DNA of 61,148 bases from Bacilli bacterium (GTDB taxonomy: Bacteria; Bacillota_I; Bacilli_A; ML615J-28; CAG-698), in the NCBI GenBank assembly GCA_016296945.1, contig JAEDHQ010000001.1, positions 1 to 61,148 on the forward strand, written 5' to 3'. The notes below the pieces were generated by a model, which saw only the letters and a list, made by a program, of their open reading frames with translations, was not told the origin of the DNA and made no database searches. This document shows positions 1 to 10,021 of the stretch, piece after piece. The translations under genes and the position numbers were made by a program. The first letter of the stretch is position 1; every line of letters starts with the position of its first letter.

Positions 1-325
1 AATTACTTAAAAAACTTTTTTGACTTAGTGGAAGAAGGCATTCTAAAATTATAGTTCTATCTTTCTTCTCATTTTCGTATCTTTTTAAAAGACCAATTCC
101 TTCAAGTCTTAATAAGGCTTGGTCAAAACTATTAATATTTGCTAAGCCTAAGACATCTATTAAACGACGAACAGTCGTTTCACTTTCTTTAATATTGTTA
201 ATTAAATGATAGGCACTAAAACTAACCATCCCAATTAACGGAAGATACATTTGTGATAATACATAATTATCTTCACCACTTAAATTTACTTTTGCTATTT
301 TTATTATATCTTGACTCTTAAGCAT
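1..325 (-). CDS. dnaB: Replication initiation/membrane attachment protein DnaB (helicase loader), N-terminal part. The gene starts at 325 and runs off the window edge (3' truncated).
   Basis: Reverse translation from the ATG at 323-325 gives MLKSQDIIKIAKVNLSGEDNYVLSQMYLPLIGMVSFSAYHLINN..., which matches the Bacillus DnaB N-terminal motif (LYQPLIGPVAFSLY). Its position downstream of coaE matches the polA-mutM-coaE-...-dnaB order in Bacilli. It is not in the supplied ORF track because it is truncated. Confidence 0.5.
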   Translation of the reverse strand, partial: MLKSQDIIKIAKVNLSGEDNYVLSQMYLPLIGMVSFSAYHLINNIKESETTVRRLIDVLGLANINSFDQALLRLEGIGLLKRYENEKKDRTIILECLLPLSQKSFLSN

Positions 326-327
326 AA

Positions 328-699
328 TTACATTCCTTTAAATAAGCCAACCCCTTTAAATGTCAACTTTTTATCTAATAATTTATACAATTCTTCAATA
401 ACTTTTTTACCTTTTCCAAAACCAAACAGATTATAAGTTGTCACTTTAAAATCAACAGCAGTTTCGACAGGAGAGGTTGCAGTCACTTTACAAATACATG
501 AATAATCAGATGTTTCAAAATATATTTCTAGATATAATTCATTTTCATCAATAATTTTACCCTTAACTTCTTTTACTAGTTGTTTAACGGCATCAATCGC
601 ATCATCTTCTTTACAACGATAATAATGAGTTTTTAGTTCAGGATAATAATGTTCATCATGAGTTTCAAAATCTTTTACAAAATAATCTTTAAAGCGCAT
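328..699 (-). CDS. Hypothetical protein of about 123 aa, with no recognisable motif. It occupies the slot between coaE and dnaB where nrdR often sits, but it has no zinc ribbon.
   Basis: The ORF is 328..717. A GGAGGG Shine-Dalgarno lies 6 nt upstream of the third ATG (MRFKDYF...), so the start is more likely 699. A TATAAT -10 lies at about 727-732 (minus strand). Confidence 0.45.
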   Translation of the reverse strand: MRFKDYFVKDFETHDEHYYPELKTHYYRCKEDDAIDAVKQLVKEVKGKIIDENELYLEIYFETSDYSCICKVTATSPVETAVDFKVTTYNLFGFGKGKKVIEELYKLLDKKLTFKGVGLFKGM

Positions 700-755
700 A
701 AGACCCTCCATATACATTTTTTAAATTATACAACAATTTACTAATAAAAACAATA

Positions 756-1325
756 TCAACTATTGGTAATAATGCTATTTATTATTTTCTTCGTTTCGTC
801 AATTAGTTTATTAATATCTCCGTTATTATAGATAACAAAATCAGCCAATCGTATTTTCTCTTCTATCGGCATTTGACTAGCAATTATTTTTTCAGTTTCT
901 TCTTTAGAAATATTATTTCTTGCCATTATTCGCTTCACTTGAATATCTTTATCACAAGCAACACAAATCACTTTTGCAAACATGTCTTCCATCTTTGATT
1001 CATATAGTAGTGGTACTTCTACAAATATTAATCGATTTTCTCTTCCTTTATTTTTTATTTTATTACGAACTAAAGGATGAATTAAAGATTCTAACTTCTT
1101 TTTTTCTTCACTATTATTAAAGATTATTTGGCCTAATTTTTTTCGATTTATTGTCTTGTTTTCTATAACATTAGGGAATAACTTTTCTATTTTTAATATT
1201 ACATCGTTTTCTTGATATAACTTATGAACTATCTCATCGCAATCAATAATTTCATAGCCTAGCGATTTGATAATATTACTAATAGTACTTTTCCCTGTTC
1301 CTATTGAACCAGTTATTGCAAACAT
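756..1325 (-). CDS. coaE: Dephospho-CoA kinase
   Basis: 189 aa. N-terminal P-loop ITGSIGTGKST. AGGAGGA RBS. Conserved position after mutM. Confidence 0.88.
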   Translation of the reverse strand: MFAITGSIGTGKSTISNIIKSLGYEIIDCDEIVHKLYQENDVILKIEKLFPNVIENKTINRKKLGQIIFNNSEEKKKLESLIHPLVRNKIKNKGRENRLIFVEVPLLYESKMEDMFAKVICVACDKDIQVKRIMARNNISKEETEKIIASQMPIEEKIRLADFVIYNNGDINKLIDETKKIINSIITNS

Positions 1326-1333
1326 ACTTCCTC

Positions 1334-2152
1334 CTATTTTTGGCAGTCTTCACAATAATAAGTTCCTCTGCCTCCAACATAAATTTTTGTTATCTTCTTA
1401 TTACAAATTGGACATACTTCTTTTGTATGCACTAATAACTCATTTTGAAACAATCCAGTAACGGCATGACTTGATACAAAACTTTTAATTGTTGTACCGC
1501 CTAATGAAATAGCTTTATTTAAAACAATAATTGAGGACTCAATAATTTTTTCTAATTTTTCTTCGCTAACTTCACAGGCTTTTTGCTTTGGATTAACTCT
1601 GGCCATAAAACATACTTCATCAGCATAGATATTTCCTAATCCACAAATAATAGTTTGATCAAGTAAAGCTGTTTTAATTGGTTCTTTTTTATTTTTAAAT
1701 TTTTCTTTTAAATACTCTTTTGTTAAGTCTCCACTAATCGGTTCAATTCCTAGTTTTTTTAGTGGATCTAATTTTATTACTTCTTCATAATTATTTGTTT
1801 TAAATAATTGCATTGTACCAAACTTTCGTGTATCATTGTATCTAAATGTTTCTTCATTTTCCAAGTAGAAAATTACATGTTCATGTTTCTCTTTTTCTTC
1901 ATTTCCTTTTAAGAAATATTTTCCTTCCATTCTTAAATGTGAAACAATAATATAATCATCTAAAACAAATAATATATACTTCCCACGACGCTTTATATCT
2001 TTAAATGTTTGTTTAACCAATAACTCTTTAAATTCAGTTAAATCACTTTGAATAATTCGTTCATAAAAAACTTCTACTTTATTAATTCTTTTTCCAATTA
2101 TTAATTCTTTTAAACTACGACAAACTGTTTCAACTTCTGGCAATTCTGGCAT
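1334..2152 (-). CDS. mutM: Formamidopyrimidine-DNA glycosylase (Fpg/MutM)
   Basis: Canonical MPELPEVE N-terminus with catalytic Pro2. C-terminal CxxC...CxxC zinc finger. 272 aa. Its ATG overlaps the nitroreductase stop in a TAATG arrangement. Confidence 0.92.
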   Translation of the reverse strand: MPELPEVETVCRSLKELIIGKRINKVEVFYERIIQSDLTEFKELLVKQTFKDIKRRGKYILFVLDDYIIVSHLRMEGKYFLKGNEEKEKHEHVIFYLENEETFRYNDTRKFGTMQLFKTNNYEEVIKLDPLKKLGIEPISGDLTKEYLKEKFKNKKEPIKTALLDQTIICGLGNIYADEVCFMARVNPKQKACEVSEEKLEKIIESSIIVLNKAISLGGTTIKSFVSSHAVTGLFQNELLVHTKEVCPICNKKITKIYVGGRGTYYCEDCQK

Positions 2153-2661
2153 TATAAAACCTCATAATGAACTCTTTCTTTATTATATCTATTAACATAT
2201 TTAAAAGCATCATCTTTATCTGGATAACCAAAGCACACAACTGCAAATGGTTCAATTAAAGGATTATCGAGAGCAAAAATTTCTCGAACGAATTTCATTC
2301 TTTCTGGGTTAGGATAAATTCCACACCACACTGAGCCAATATTTCTACTTCTTGCTTCTAACATTGCACATGTAATTGAGGAAGCTAAATCTTGAGGATA
2401 CATTGCTTCTGTGAAAAGATTTGTCTTATTAGCCATAAATACAATTAAAAAATCACAATTTTTAGCCATAGAAATATTTTTTAATTTTTCACTAACTAAT
2501 TCTTTTTTCTCTTGATTTTTTATAACTAAAAATTCCCATGGTTGTTGATTTCTTGCACTTGGTGCTTGCATTGCGGAATGTAATATTTTGTCAATATCTT
2601 TATTGCTTACTTCTTTTTTAAGATATGTTCTTACACTTCTTCTTGTATCAATTACTTTCAT
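2152..2661 (-). CDS. Nitroreductase-family NAD(P)H-flavin oxidoreductase
   Basis: Motifs RRSVRTY and PSARNQQPW. The ORF as tracked (to 2733) would overlap the polA 3' end. The internal start MKVID at 2661 has a GGAG RBS and lies 17 nt after the polA stop, so I trim to 2661. Confidence 0.75.
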   Translation of the reverse strand: MKVIDTRRSVRTYLKKEVSNKDIDKILHSAMQAPSARNQQPWEFLVIKNQEKKELVSEKLKNISMAKNCDFLIVFMANKTNLFTEAMYPQDLASSITCAMLEARSRNIGSVWCGIYPNPERMKFVREIFALDNPLIEPFAVVCFGYPDKDDAFKYVNRYNKERVHYEVL

Positions 2662-2677
2662 TTTTCTACTCCATTTA

Positions 2678-5314
2678 TTATTTTGCTTCAAACCAATTTT
2701 TACCATATTCAACACTTGCTTCAAGTAATACATTAAGTTTTACAGCTTTTTCCATTGTTTCCTTTACAATTTTCTTAACAATTTCCAACTCATCTTTCGC
2801 AACATCAAAAACTAATTCATCATGTACCTGAGCAATCATCAAACTCTTTAAATTATTTTTCTTTAATTCATTATTGACTTTAATCATCGCAATCTTAATA
2901 ATATCGGCAGCACTTCCTTGCACTGGTGAATTCATTGCTGTACGTTCTCCAAAGCCACGTAATGCCCCATTCTTTTCTTTTAATTGTGGAATATAACGAC
3001 GTCGACCATAAATCGTCTTTGAATAACCTAATGTATAAGCGTCCATAACAAATTTATCTAATGTTTTTTTGGCTTCTTGGAAATTATAAAAATATTTGTC
3101 AATAAAACGATTAGCTTCTTGTTGACTAATTCCTAAGTTCGAAGCTAACCCCCAAGGACTCATTCCATAAATAATTCCAAAGTTAATTGCTTTTGCAGTT
3201 CTACGCATGTCTTTAGTTACTTCTTCAATCTTTACTTCATATATTTGACTTGCTGTTTGCGTATGAATATCAATATGATTATTAAATGATTCTAACATTT
3301 TTTCATCTTGTGATATATGAGCTAAAACACGTAATTCAATTTGTGAATAATCAGAACTTAAGATATATCCATCCTCAAAACGCGAAGTAAAAATTTCTCG
3401 TATTACTTGGCCATTTTCCGTTCTAATAGGCATATTTTGAATATTCGGCTCAACACTTGAAAGCCTTCCTGTATGTGTAAGTGCTTGTTTATATAAAGGA
3501 TGAATAAAATCTTGATTCAAATCTTCATAATGATTAGAGCAATCAAATAAACCTTTTACATATGTACTAACTAATTTTGCATAGCCCCGATATTCTAAAA
3601 TATCACGAGCAATTTTATAGTCACTAGCAAGTTTTTCTAAAACATCAACACTCGTACTATATCCATTTTTATTTTTCTTTCCATTAGGTAATTTCATTTC
3701 CTCAAATAATATTTCTCCTAATTGTTTAGGAGAATTAATATTAAATTCTTTTCCTGCTTCTTGATAAATAAGTTGTTCTAACTCCTTGGCTTTTGCTTCA
3801 AACAATTTACCTATTTGCTCTAGTCTTACTAAATCAATATTTAATCCATTGTATTCCATTTCTGATAATACTTTTGATAAATCCATTTCAACGCTAAAGA
3901 GATATTCTAATTCATCATCAATAATGCGGTTAAAAACCAGATTCTTTGTTTTTTCTAAAACTTGGCATTTACTAAGAGCATAATTTATATAGATATTTTC
4001 ATCAGGAATTGCCATTTTAGTATTCGCACCATAAATGTTTTCATAATACATTATGTCCTCATCAACTCCAAGATTTTCTGCAACAATCTTAAAATCATCA
4101 TTAGCATATTCCGGATTAATTAAATAACTAGCTATTAATAAATCATAAATTACACCTTGTAAATTAATATTATTTCTAATCATTAAAAAATTTAATGCTT
4201 TATAATCAAAAGTATATTTATGATAATTTGGATTTTCTAAATAATCTTTTATTTTTACCAAATCTTTTTCTTTTATAAAATAGTATTTACTATTATTTAA
4301 GATTCCTAATCCTAAAAATGGTGCCTTGTAATAGTTTGCACCAAATACTTCAGTAATAATATAACTATCACCAGTGATGTTTTGATAATCTATAGACAAT
4401 TCAAAGTTTAAGTCTTTATTTACAACACTAACACTATTTTCTTTTAATTTCTTAAGCATTGAATTAAATTCTACTTTTGTATAAAAACTAACTAGTTCCT
4501 TTAGATTAGTTTCTTTTACACGAATATCATCTAGTGTAATATCAATTAAAGCATCTTTACATAATGTAGCAAGATAACGGCACATAAATGCATTGTCTTT
4601 ATTTTCTATAAATAATGCTTTTGTTTTTGGTGTTAGCTCATCAAGATGTTCATATATTCCTTCAAGGTTTTTATATTGTTCTAACAACTTATTTGTTGTT
4701 TTATTTCCCATTCCTTTGATTCCTTTAAGATTATCAGAGGAATCACCACATATTCCTTTATAATCAATCAGTTGGTTGGGATAAAATCCATTCTTTTCAA
4801 AGAAATTTTCTTGATTATGGATATCTAAATCTCCAACACCTTTTTTAGTTAAACATACACTTATTTTTTCATCAACTAATTGTAATAAATCATGGTCTCC
4901 CGTATATATTTCTATTTCATCAAATTCCTTTTTGAATTTTGTTGCGACAGTCGCAATTAAATCATCAGCTTCATAATCTAATGATTCCATTCTTTTTACA
5001 TTAATCAAATCTAAATATTCTTTTATTAATGGAATTTGTACTTTTAATTCTTCTGGTAACGGCTTTCTTCCACCCTTATATTCATCATATTGCAGATGTC
5101 TAAATGTTTGTTTCCCAGCATCAAACGCAACAAAAGCGTACTCAGTCTTGTCAGTAATTAACTTTGAAATCATATTGACAAAACCAAACAAAGCATTTGT
5201 ATATAATCCATCTTTTGTCTTCATTAAGTTGCCAGTATATGCTGTAGCGTAATAAGATCTAAACATTAAACTATTGCCATCAATTAATAATAATTTACTC
5301 ATAAAACTCTCCAT
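2678..5314 (-). CDS. polA: DNA polymerase I
   Basis: 878 aa. N-terminal 5'-3' exonuclease (LLLIDGNSLMFRSYYA). C-terminal family A polymerase motifs (RRTAKAINFGIIYG, QVHDELVF). Confidence 0.95.
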   Translation of the reverse strand: MESFMSKLLLIDGNSLMFRSYYATAYTGNLMKTKDGLYTNALFGFVNMISKLITDKTEYAFVAFDAGKQTFRHLQYDEYKGGRKPLPEELKVQIPLIKEYLDLINVKRMESLDYEADDLIATVATKFKKEFDEIEIYTGDHDLLQLVDEKISVCLTKKGVGDLDIHNQENFFEKNGFYPNQLIDYKGICGDSSDNLKGIKGMGNKTTNKLLEQYKNLEGIYEHLDELTPKTKALFIENKDNAFMCRYLATLCKDALIDITLDDIRVKETNLKELVSFYTKVEFNSMLKKLKENSVSVVNKDLNFELSIDYQNITGDSYIITEVFGANYYKAPFLGLGILNNSKYYFIKEKDLVKIKDYLENPNYHKYTFDYKALNFLMIRNNINLQGVIYDLLIASYLINPEYANDDFKIVAENLGVDEDIMYYENIYGANTKMAIPDENIYINYALSKCQVLEKTKNLVFNRIIDDELEYLFSVEMDLSKVLSEMEYNGLNIDLVRLEQIGKLFEAKAKELEQLIYQEAGKEFNINSPKQLGEILFEEMKLPNGKKNKNGYSTSVDVLEKLASDYKIARDILEYRGYAKLVSTYVKGLFDCSNHYEDLNQDFIHPLYKQALTHTGRLSSVEPNIQNMPIRTENGQVIREIFTSRFEDGYILSSDYSQIELRVLAHISQDEKMLESFNNHIDIHTQTASQIYEVKIEEVTKDMRRTAKAINFGIIYGMSPWGLASNLGISQQEANRFIDKYFYNFQEAKKTLDKFVMDAYTLGYSKTIYGRRRYIPQLKEKNGALRGFGERTAMNSPVQGSAADIIKIAMIKVNNELKKNNLKSLMIAQVHDELVFDVAKDELEIVKKIVKETMEKAVKLNVLLEASVEYGKNWFEAK

Positions 5315-5418
5315 TAATTAAAAATACTTAATTATTTATGTTTAATTAATTTTATCATAAATCATTTAAAAATCCTAATATTTTGTTTAAAAATATATTA
5401 TTTGTTAATAATATTAAT

Positions 5419-6342
5419 ATGAAACGATTATTAATTATAACAATTACAGCGATTTTATTAGTGTTAATCTACACAAATTTTTCTAAAACGGATAATTTCT
5501 TAGATAGTAATAATCAAAATGAAGATAATCCAAACAATATTGATAGTTCAGACAAATATAATTATTTCAATTTTTCTAATGAAGAAAAAGACTTTATCGA
5601 AAAGAATAATATTGATTTAGATAATTTAGTTAACTACTATCATTATAAATCTTTTGATTTATATAAGTATTTTGAATATGAAGAAGCACGAAAGGAAAAT
5701 ATAAGTTATTTAGAAGCTATTAATATTGTTAATAATCCTACATATTACTCTAACTATGAAGATAAAGAATCAGCAATCTTTCTTAATTCATCTGTTGTCC
5801 TAATTAATAAGCATTATTATATTGAAAAAAGTTATAAACCTAACAATTTAGTAGCCTTAAAAGATTATAAAATAAATTACATTATTCGTGATGATGAAAT
5901 AATGCAAGCATCTCTAGTTGCTTTAGAACATTTAGAAGAGATGTTTAATGATGCTTTAAAAGAAAATCTTAATCTTTATGTATTCTCTGCTTATCGTAAT
6001 TATCAAAAACAAGAATATTTATATTATGTTGTTAATAAACAAAATGATGATTATAGTGCTAGACCTGGTCATTCTGAACATCATAGTGGTTTTGCTTTTG
6101 ACATTTCAACGCTTGATATTGGCTTAACAGTAGACTTTGCAAATTCGAAAGAATACAACTGGTTAATAAACAATTGTTATCGATACGGATTTATCTTAAG
6201 ATATCCAAAGGATAAAGAAAATGTTACACTATATAAATTTGAACCTTGGCATTTTAGATATGTTGGAAAAACTATAGCACTCAATATTTATGAGAATAAT
6301 TTAACTTTAGAAGAGTACATTCTTAAAAACTATGAACTATAA
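5419..6342 (+). CDS. Membrane-anchored VanY/M15B-family D-alanyl-D-alanine carboxypeptidase
   Basis: N-terminal TM segment. Motifs SAYRNYQKQ...ARPGHSEHHSGFAFDI and EPWHFRYVG, typical of peptidase M15B/VanY. The track start at 5383 is a TTG. I prefer the ATG at 5419. Confidence 0.72.
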   Translation: MKRLLIITITAILLVLIYTNFSKTDNFLDSNNQNEDNPNNIDSSDKYNYFNFSNEEKDFIEKNNIDLDNLVNYYHYKSFDLYKYFEYEEARKENISYLEAINIVNNPTYYSNYEDKESAIFLNSSVVLINKHYYIEKSYKPNNLVALKDYKINYIIRDDEIMQASLVALEHLEEMFNDALKENLNLYVFSAYRNYQKQEYLYYVVNKQNDDYSARPGHSEHHSGFAFDISTLDIGLTVDFANSKEYNWLINNCYRYGFILRYPKDKENVTLYKFEPWHFRYVGKTIALNIYENNLTLEEYILKNYEL

Positions 6343-6381
6343 GGATATTTTTATCATATATTAAAATGAGGAGATGAAAAA

Positions 6382-6705
6382 ATGAATAATTTTGCCTATC
6401 GAAATAATAATAACAACTTAAATAATTACAATACTTTTTTACAACCTGTTCAAAAACAAATGCAGGCAGGTGATCAATTTGTTAATGATGAACGATTTGG
6501 TGGTGCTTTCTTAGTTCCTTTCTTAACTGGAGCTGTTATTAGTGCTCCATTTTGGTATCTAGGCGCACAAAACAAAGCAAACCAAATGTATCAACAACAA
6601 ATGTATTATCAATATAATAATCCATATCAAAATTATCCGCAGCATTATCCTAATTACTATCCAAATAATTACAACTATACTTATAATTATCCTATTAATA
6701 AATAA
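6382..6705 (+). CDS. Small N/Q/Y-rich low-complexity protein with one central TM helix
   Basis: GAGGAG RBS 8 nt upstream. 107 aa. Hydrophobic segment GGAFLVPFLTGAVISAPFWYLGA flanked by N/Q/Y/P-rich repeats (NYPQHYPNYYPNNYNYTYNYP). Followed by terminators. Confidence 0.5.
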   Translation: MNNFAYRNNNNNLNNYNTFLQPVQKQMQAGDQFVNDERFGGAFLVPFLTGAVISAPFWYLGAQNKANQMYQQQMYYQYNNPYQNYPQHYPNYYPNNYNYTYNYPINK

Positions 6706-6766
6706 AAAAAGATTGGACTGAGTCCAATTTTCAGACTATTGATAAAATTAACTTTGTCAATGGTCT

Positions 6767-6802
6767 AACCTCATTTAGACTTAACTAAATGAGGTTTTTT
6801 TA
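6767..6802 (+). terminator. Rho-independent terminator. A weaker hairpin attggactgagtccaat sits at 6712-6728.
   Basis: aacctcatttag-acttaa-ctaaatgaggtt followed by a T7 run. Confidence 0.55.
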
Positions 6803-6867
6803 AATATGATTCTTTGAAATTATTGTTGATAGTTTTAATATGGCATATATTATTTTACATATTAAAC

Positions 6868-8247
6868 TTAATTTACATAATCTAACACTTCAGATACCTT
6901 TGTATTTGGTGTTTTGAAAATGAAATGAATCAAAAATGGTATACTAATTAATCCACTTAATATATCTGCAATCATTTGCGATATCAGAATACCTTTTAAT
7001 CCTATAACATTAGATAAAATAATTAATGTTGGAATAAATGCTAAGCCAGAGCGTAACATTGCAAGAAATGATGCACTCATTGATTTTCTAATACTTTGAT
7101 AAAGTGTATTAGCATTAACACTAAATGGTAAGAATAATAATCCAATTGATGTTGCTCTCAAGCCATAGGTTCCGATTTCAATTACTTCAGGACTCTTTTG
7201 AAAAATCCAAATAATAATATCTGGAATCATAATTCCTAAAATTGATAATATAGTAATTACTGATATTCCTAAAATAATAGAAACAATCAATGCTTTTTTT
7301 ACACGTGTATATTCTTTTGCTTCATAGTTAAAAGCTGAAACTGGTTGGAAACCTTGACCAGTTCCTAATGCTATACACATAACAAAACTAGAAAAACGAT
7401 TTATCACAGAAATTGCGGCGATTGCTGCATCACCAAATGGTTTAGCAAGATTATTCAATAAACCATTAGATATTGAATTTAATCCTTGACGAATTAATGA
7501 AGGTAGTCCCAATTGGCAAATACCTAAATATACTCTAATGTTCTTTGTAACATATTTAATTCTTATTTTACTTTGTGCAGTTTTATAATACATTATTAGT
7601 AAAATTGTAAAACTAATTACTTGTGATAATGCTGTTGCTAATCCAGCTCCAGCTACACCCATATTTAATTGTTTAATGAAAAGAAAATCTCCAAAAATAT
7701 TAATTATTCCACCTGTAACTAAACCAATCATTGCATACATTGCTTTTCCTTCATAACGTAAATTATTATTCAGAATTAGTGAGCATGTAATAAATGGACA
7801 AGCAAGAAAAACCCAAAATCCATAATCTTTAGCATGTGGAAGAATTGTTTCTGTGCTTCCTAAGAATCTACAAAATGGATCTAAGAAGATTAAACCAAAA
7901 ACACTAAAACAAATTCCAAAAATAGCTCCTGCATAAAAAGCAGTTGAAACATATATTGAAGCTTTGTTAATATCTTTATCTGCTAAATACTTTGATACAT
8001 ATGTTCCTGAGCCATGTCCTAACATATAAGCAATTGCTTGAATAATACATTGTAGTGTAAATAATACACCTACTGCTGCTTGAGGGCTTTCTCCTAATGT
8101 CCCAACGAAATAGGTATCAACTAAATTATATATATTAGTTATTAACATTGAAATTGTAGTAGGAATACCTAAAGCAACTACTAATTTTGTAACATTTGTT
8201 TTTGTCATTTTTTGATAATATAAATCTGCTTTGTTCACTACTTTCAT
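6868..8247 (-). CDS. MATE-family multidrug efflux transporter
   Basis: 459 aa. 12-TM profile. MATE-like N-terminus and repeated hydrophobic blocks. Confidence 0.72.
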   Translation of the reverse strand: MKVVNKADLYYQKMTKTNVTKLVVALGIPTTISMLITNIYNLVDTYFVGTLGESPQAAVGVLFTLQCIIQAIAYMLGHGSGTYVSKYLADKDINKASIYVSTAFYAGAIFGICFSVFGLIFLDPFCRFLGSTETILPHAKDYGFWVFLACPFITCSLILNNNLRYEGKAMYAMIGLVTGGIINIFGDFLFIKQLNMGVAGAGLATALSQVISFTILLIMYYKTAQSKIRIKYVTKNIRVYLGICQLGLPSLIRQGLNSISNGLLNNLAKPFGDAAIAAISVINRFSSFVMCIALGTGQGFQPVSAFNYEAKEYTRVKKALIVSIILGISVITILSILGIMIPDIIIWIFQKSPEVIEIGTYGLRATSIGLLFLPFSVNANTLYQSIRKSMSASFLAMLRSGLAFIPTLIILSNVIGLKGILISQMIADILSGLISIPFLIHFIFKTPNTKVSEVLDYVN

Positions 8248-8274
8248 CTTCTTTCTAAAATAGAACTTTAATAT

Positions 8275-9384
8275 TTATATATTATATTTTTTGATATCTT
8301 TTATTGTTTTAATTATACAATTTTTCATTCCTTTATTTCGGATTATTTTTTTAATAGGTTCACTTAGATATTTTCTTTCTTTTTTATCTATTTGAAAATA
8401 ACTTGATATCGCACTTTTTTTATTTGATGATAAGTCTGTTAAAGTCTTAGCACCAATTTTTTTTGATATCTCATCTAGAACTTGGACAAACTTTAATCGA
8501 TGTTCATAATCCATTTCCGTAATTGTTTGTTTTACAATATCATCGATTTCTTCGCTATCTTTATCAAACTTCTTTTCATATACAAAATCATTACCAATTA
8601 TTTCCCAAGAGAATATATCATGTTGAAATAAAGAATTTACATTACTATGAACTATTAATTGTTTTTCTGGGTGACAAAAGAGTCTACCAACAACAGATCC
8701 TTGAGGAAGATATGTTGTAATTTTTTTAATTCTTTTTTTATCATATCTATCTTCTAAATTGATAATTCCTTGTCCATCAAAACTATATGCTGCTTTTACC
8801 TTATCATATGCTTGATCACTAATCATTAGTGTTGTATAGATTGAAAGATGTCCGCCTTTGGAATGTCCACAAATAATAATGTCTTTTTGATATTTCTTAA
8901 TTATCTCTTCTACATATTTAACTGCTTTTTGTTGGGCAGATAATTCTTCTTTATATAACATTGAAATATTTTCAATCCAACCAGTTAATGTATCATCTGT
9001 TGCGGATAAACTAATTATCATTAGATTATTAGAAATATGAATCGTTAATGCACAAAACTGGCATTGTGTTTCTTCATTGACATCATTTATATAATCTGAT
9101 ATTTCTAAATCTTTGTACCGATTAGCTTCCCCCATTAAGTAGAATGCTTTAGTTATCGCTTTAGGAATTAATAATCCTAGTCTATAATCTTTCCCTACTG
9201 TTTTCTCATATTGATTGATTGCATCAATAATTTTAATTCTTTTTTTATCTTCTATTGAAGGTACAATCTCTTTGAATTCATGCATTATTATTTGACTAAA
9301 TAATAAGCAGTCTAATTTATTTAATTCGGATTGATCAAAACTTAAATCGCCACGCCATTTAATATAGTCAATTATATTCGTCAT
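8275..9384 (-). CDS. Alpha/beta-hydrolase, DUF2974/Mbeg1-like lipase-class-3-related protein
   Basis: Nucleophile elbow IIICGHSKGGHLSIY (GHSxGG) typical of the Mbeg1/DUF2974 family. AAGAGGGA RBS. Confidence 0.58.
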   Translation of the reverse strand: MTNIIDYIKWRGDLSFDQSELNKLDCLLFSQIIMHEFKEIVPSIEDKKRIKIIDAINQYEKTVGKDYRLGLLIPKAITKAFYLMGEANRYKDLEISDYINDVNEETQCQFCALTIHISNNLMIISLSATDDTLTGWIENISMLYKEELSAQQKAVKYVEEIIKKYQKDIIICGHSKGGHLSIYTTLMISDQAYDKVKAAYSFDGQGIINLEDRYDKKRIKKITTYLPQGSVVGRLFCHPEKQLIVHSNVNSLFQHDIFSWEIIGNDFVYEKKFDKDSEEIDDIVKQTITEMDYEHRLKFVQVLDEISKKIGAKTLTDLSSNKKSAISSYFQIDKKERKYLSEPIKKIIRNKGMKNCIIKTIKDIKKYNI

Positions 9385-9453
9385 TTTTATCCCTCTTACT
9401 AATTAATATTAAACATTATACCACAAAGCTTAGTTCATTGCCACAATTTTCTA

Positions 9454-9482
9454 TTGATTTTATACTTTCTTTCGTGTATAAT
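9454..9482 (+). promoter_or_regulatory. Sigma-A-type promoter for the tandem paralog pair
   Basis: TTGATT -35, 17-nt spacer, then TATAAT with the TG of an extended -10 motif at 9477-9482. Confidence 0.45.
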
Positions 9483-9526
9483 TTATATAGTTTTTTAATA
9501 ATTATATATATTTTTAAGGAGTTTTT

Positions 9527-10006
9527 ATGGCTAAAAAGAAATCAAATAAAAAGAATACACTAGCACTTGACTATAAAAAAATTGGAATAATTGGTGGAAT
9601 ATTTATAATTCTATGTTTAGTTGTTTTAGTTTTTGTTTTAGCAACTGCCAATAAGTTTTATGAATGCACTGAATATGATTGGTACGAGAAATTCAATTCT
9701 GAAGAAATTAAAACTAGTGATGGTATGGGAGAAATCTATGACTTTTATCGCCTTTTTTTAGAAGATGATAATAAATTTATTTTAAAATATCGTCTTAAAG
9801 ATGGGACAATGATTTACACTGATAAAGGAACATACGAAAAAACTGATACACAATTAATTCTAACTTATGATTCAACTAATCCTTCTCAAGAATTAACACA
9901 AGTTTGCACTTATGAAATTGATGGTAATACTATCACTCGTGATGAATTAGTTGAAGCCCCTGATGGCACAAGAGTTAGAGTTAAACAAATATTTGTTTTA
10001 AAATAA
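9527..10006 (+). CDS. Small membrane-anchored protein, paralog 1 (N-terminal K-rich tail + TM, extracytoplasmic YECT...CTYEIDGNTITRDE domain)
   Basis: AAGGAG RBS. 159 aa. Clear paralogy with the next ORF: shared MAKK.SNKKN start, TM helix, YEC(T), YRL(F/Y)L.DD..F(I/V)LKYRL, L(I/V)LTY(D/N), CTY.(I/V)DG...RDE.VE. Confidence 0.55.
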   Translation: MAKKKSNKKNTLALDYKKIGIIGGIFIILCLVVLVFVLATANKFYECTEYDWYEKFNSEEIKTSDGMGEIYDFYRLFLEDDNKFILKYRLKDGTMIYTDKGTYEKTDTQLILTYDSTNPSQELTQVCTYEIDGNTITRDELVEAPDGTRVRVKQIFVLK

Positions 10007-10021
10007 GGAGAAGTAATTTAT

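Noticed and set aside
328-717. NrdR at the position between coaE and dnaB
   Set aside because: The protein lacks the N-terminal CxxC...CxxC zinc ribbon and ATP-cone motifs of NrdR. It is left as hypothetical.
920-1120. Antisense or embedded ORFs from the six-frame track (for example 920..1120, 1267..1461, 3786..3983, 23390..23593, 25091..25366, 37941..38171, 38611..38862, 39040..39408, 44079..44267, 58637..58843)
   Set aside because: All lie wholly inside better-supported genes on the opposite strand or in another frame. They have low-complexity, AT-codon-driven composition and no RBS. They are treated as spurious.
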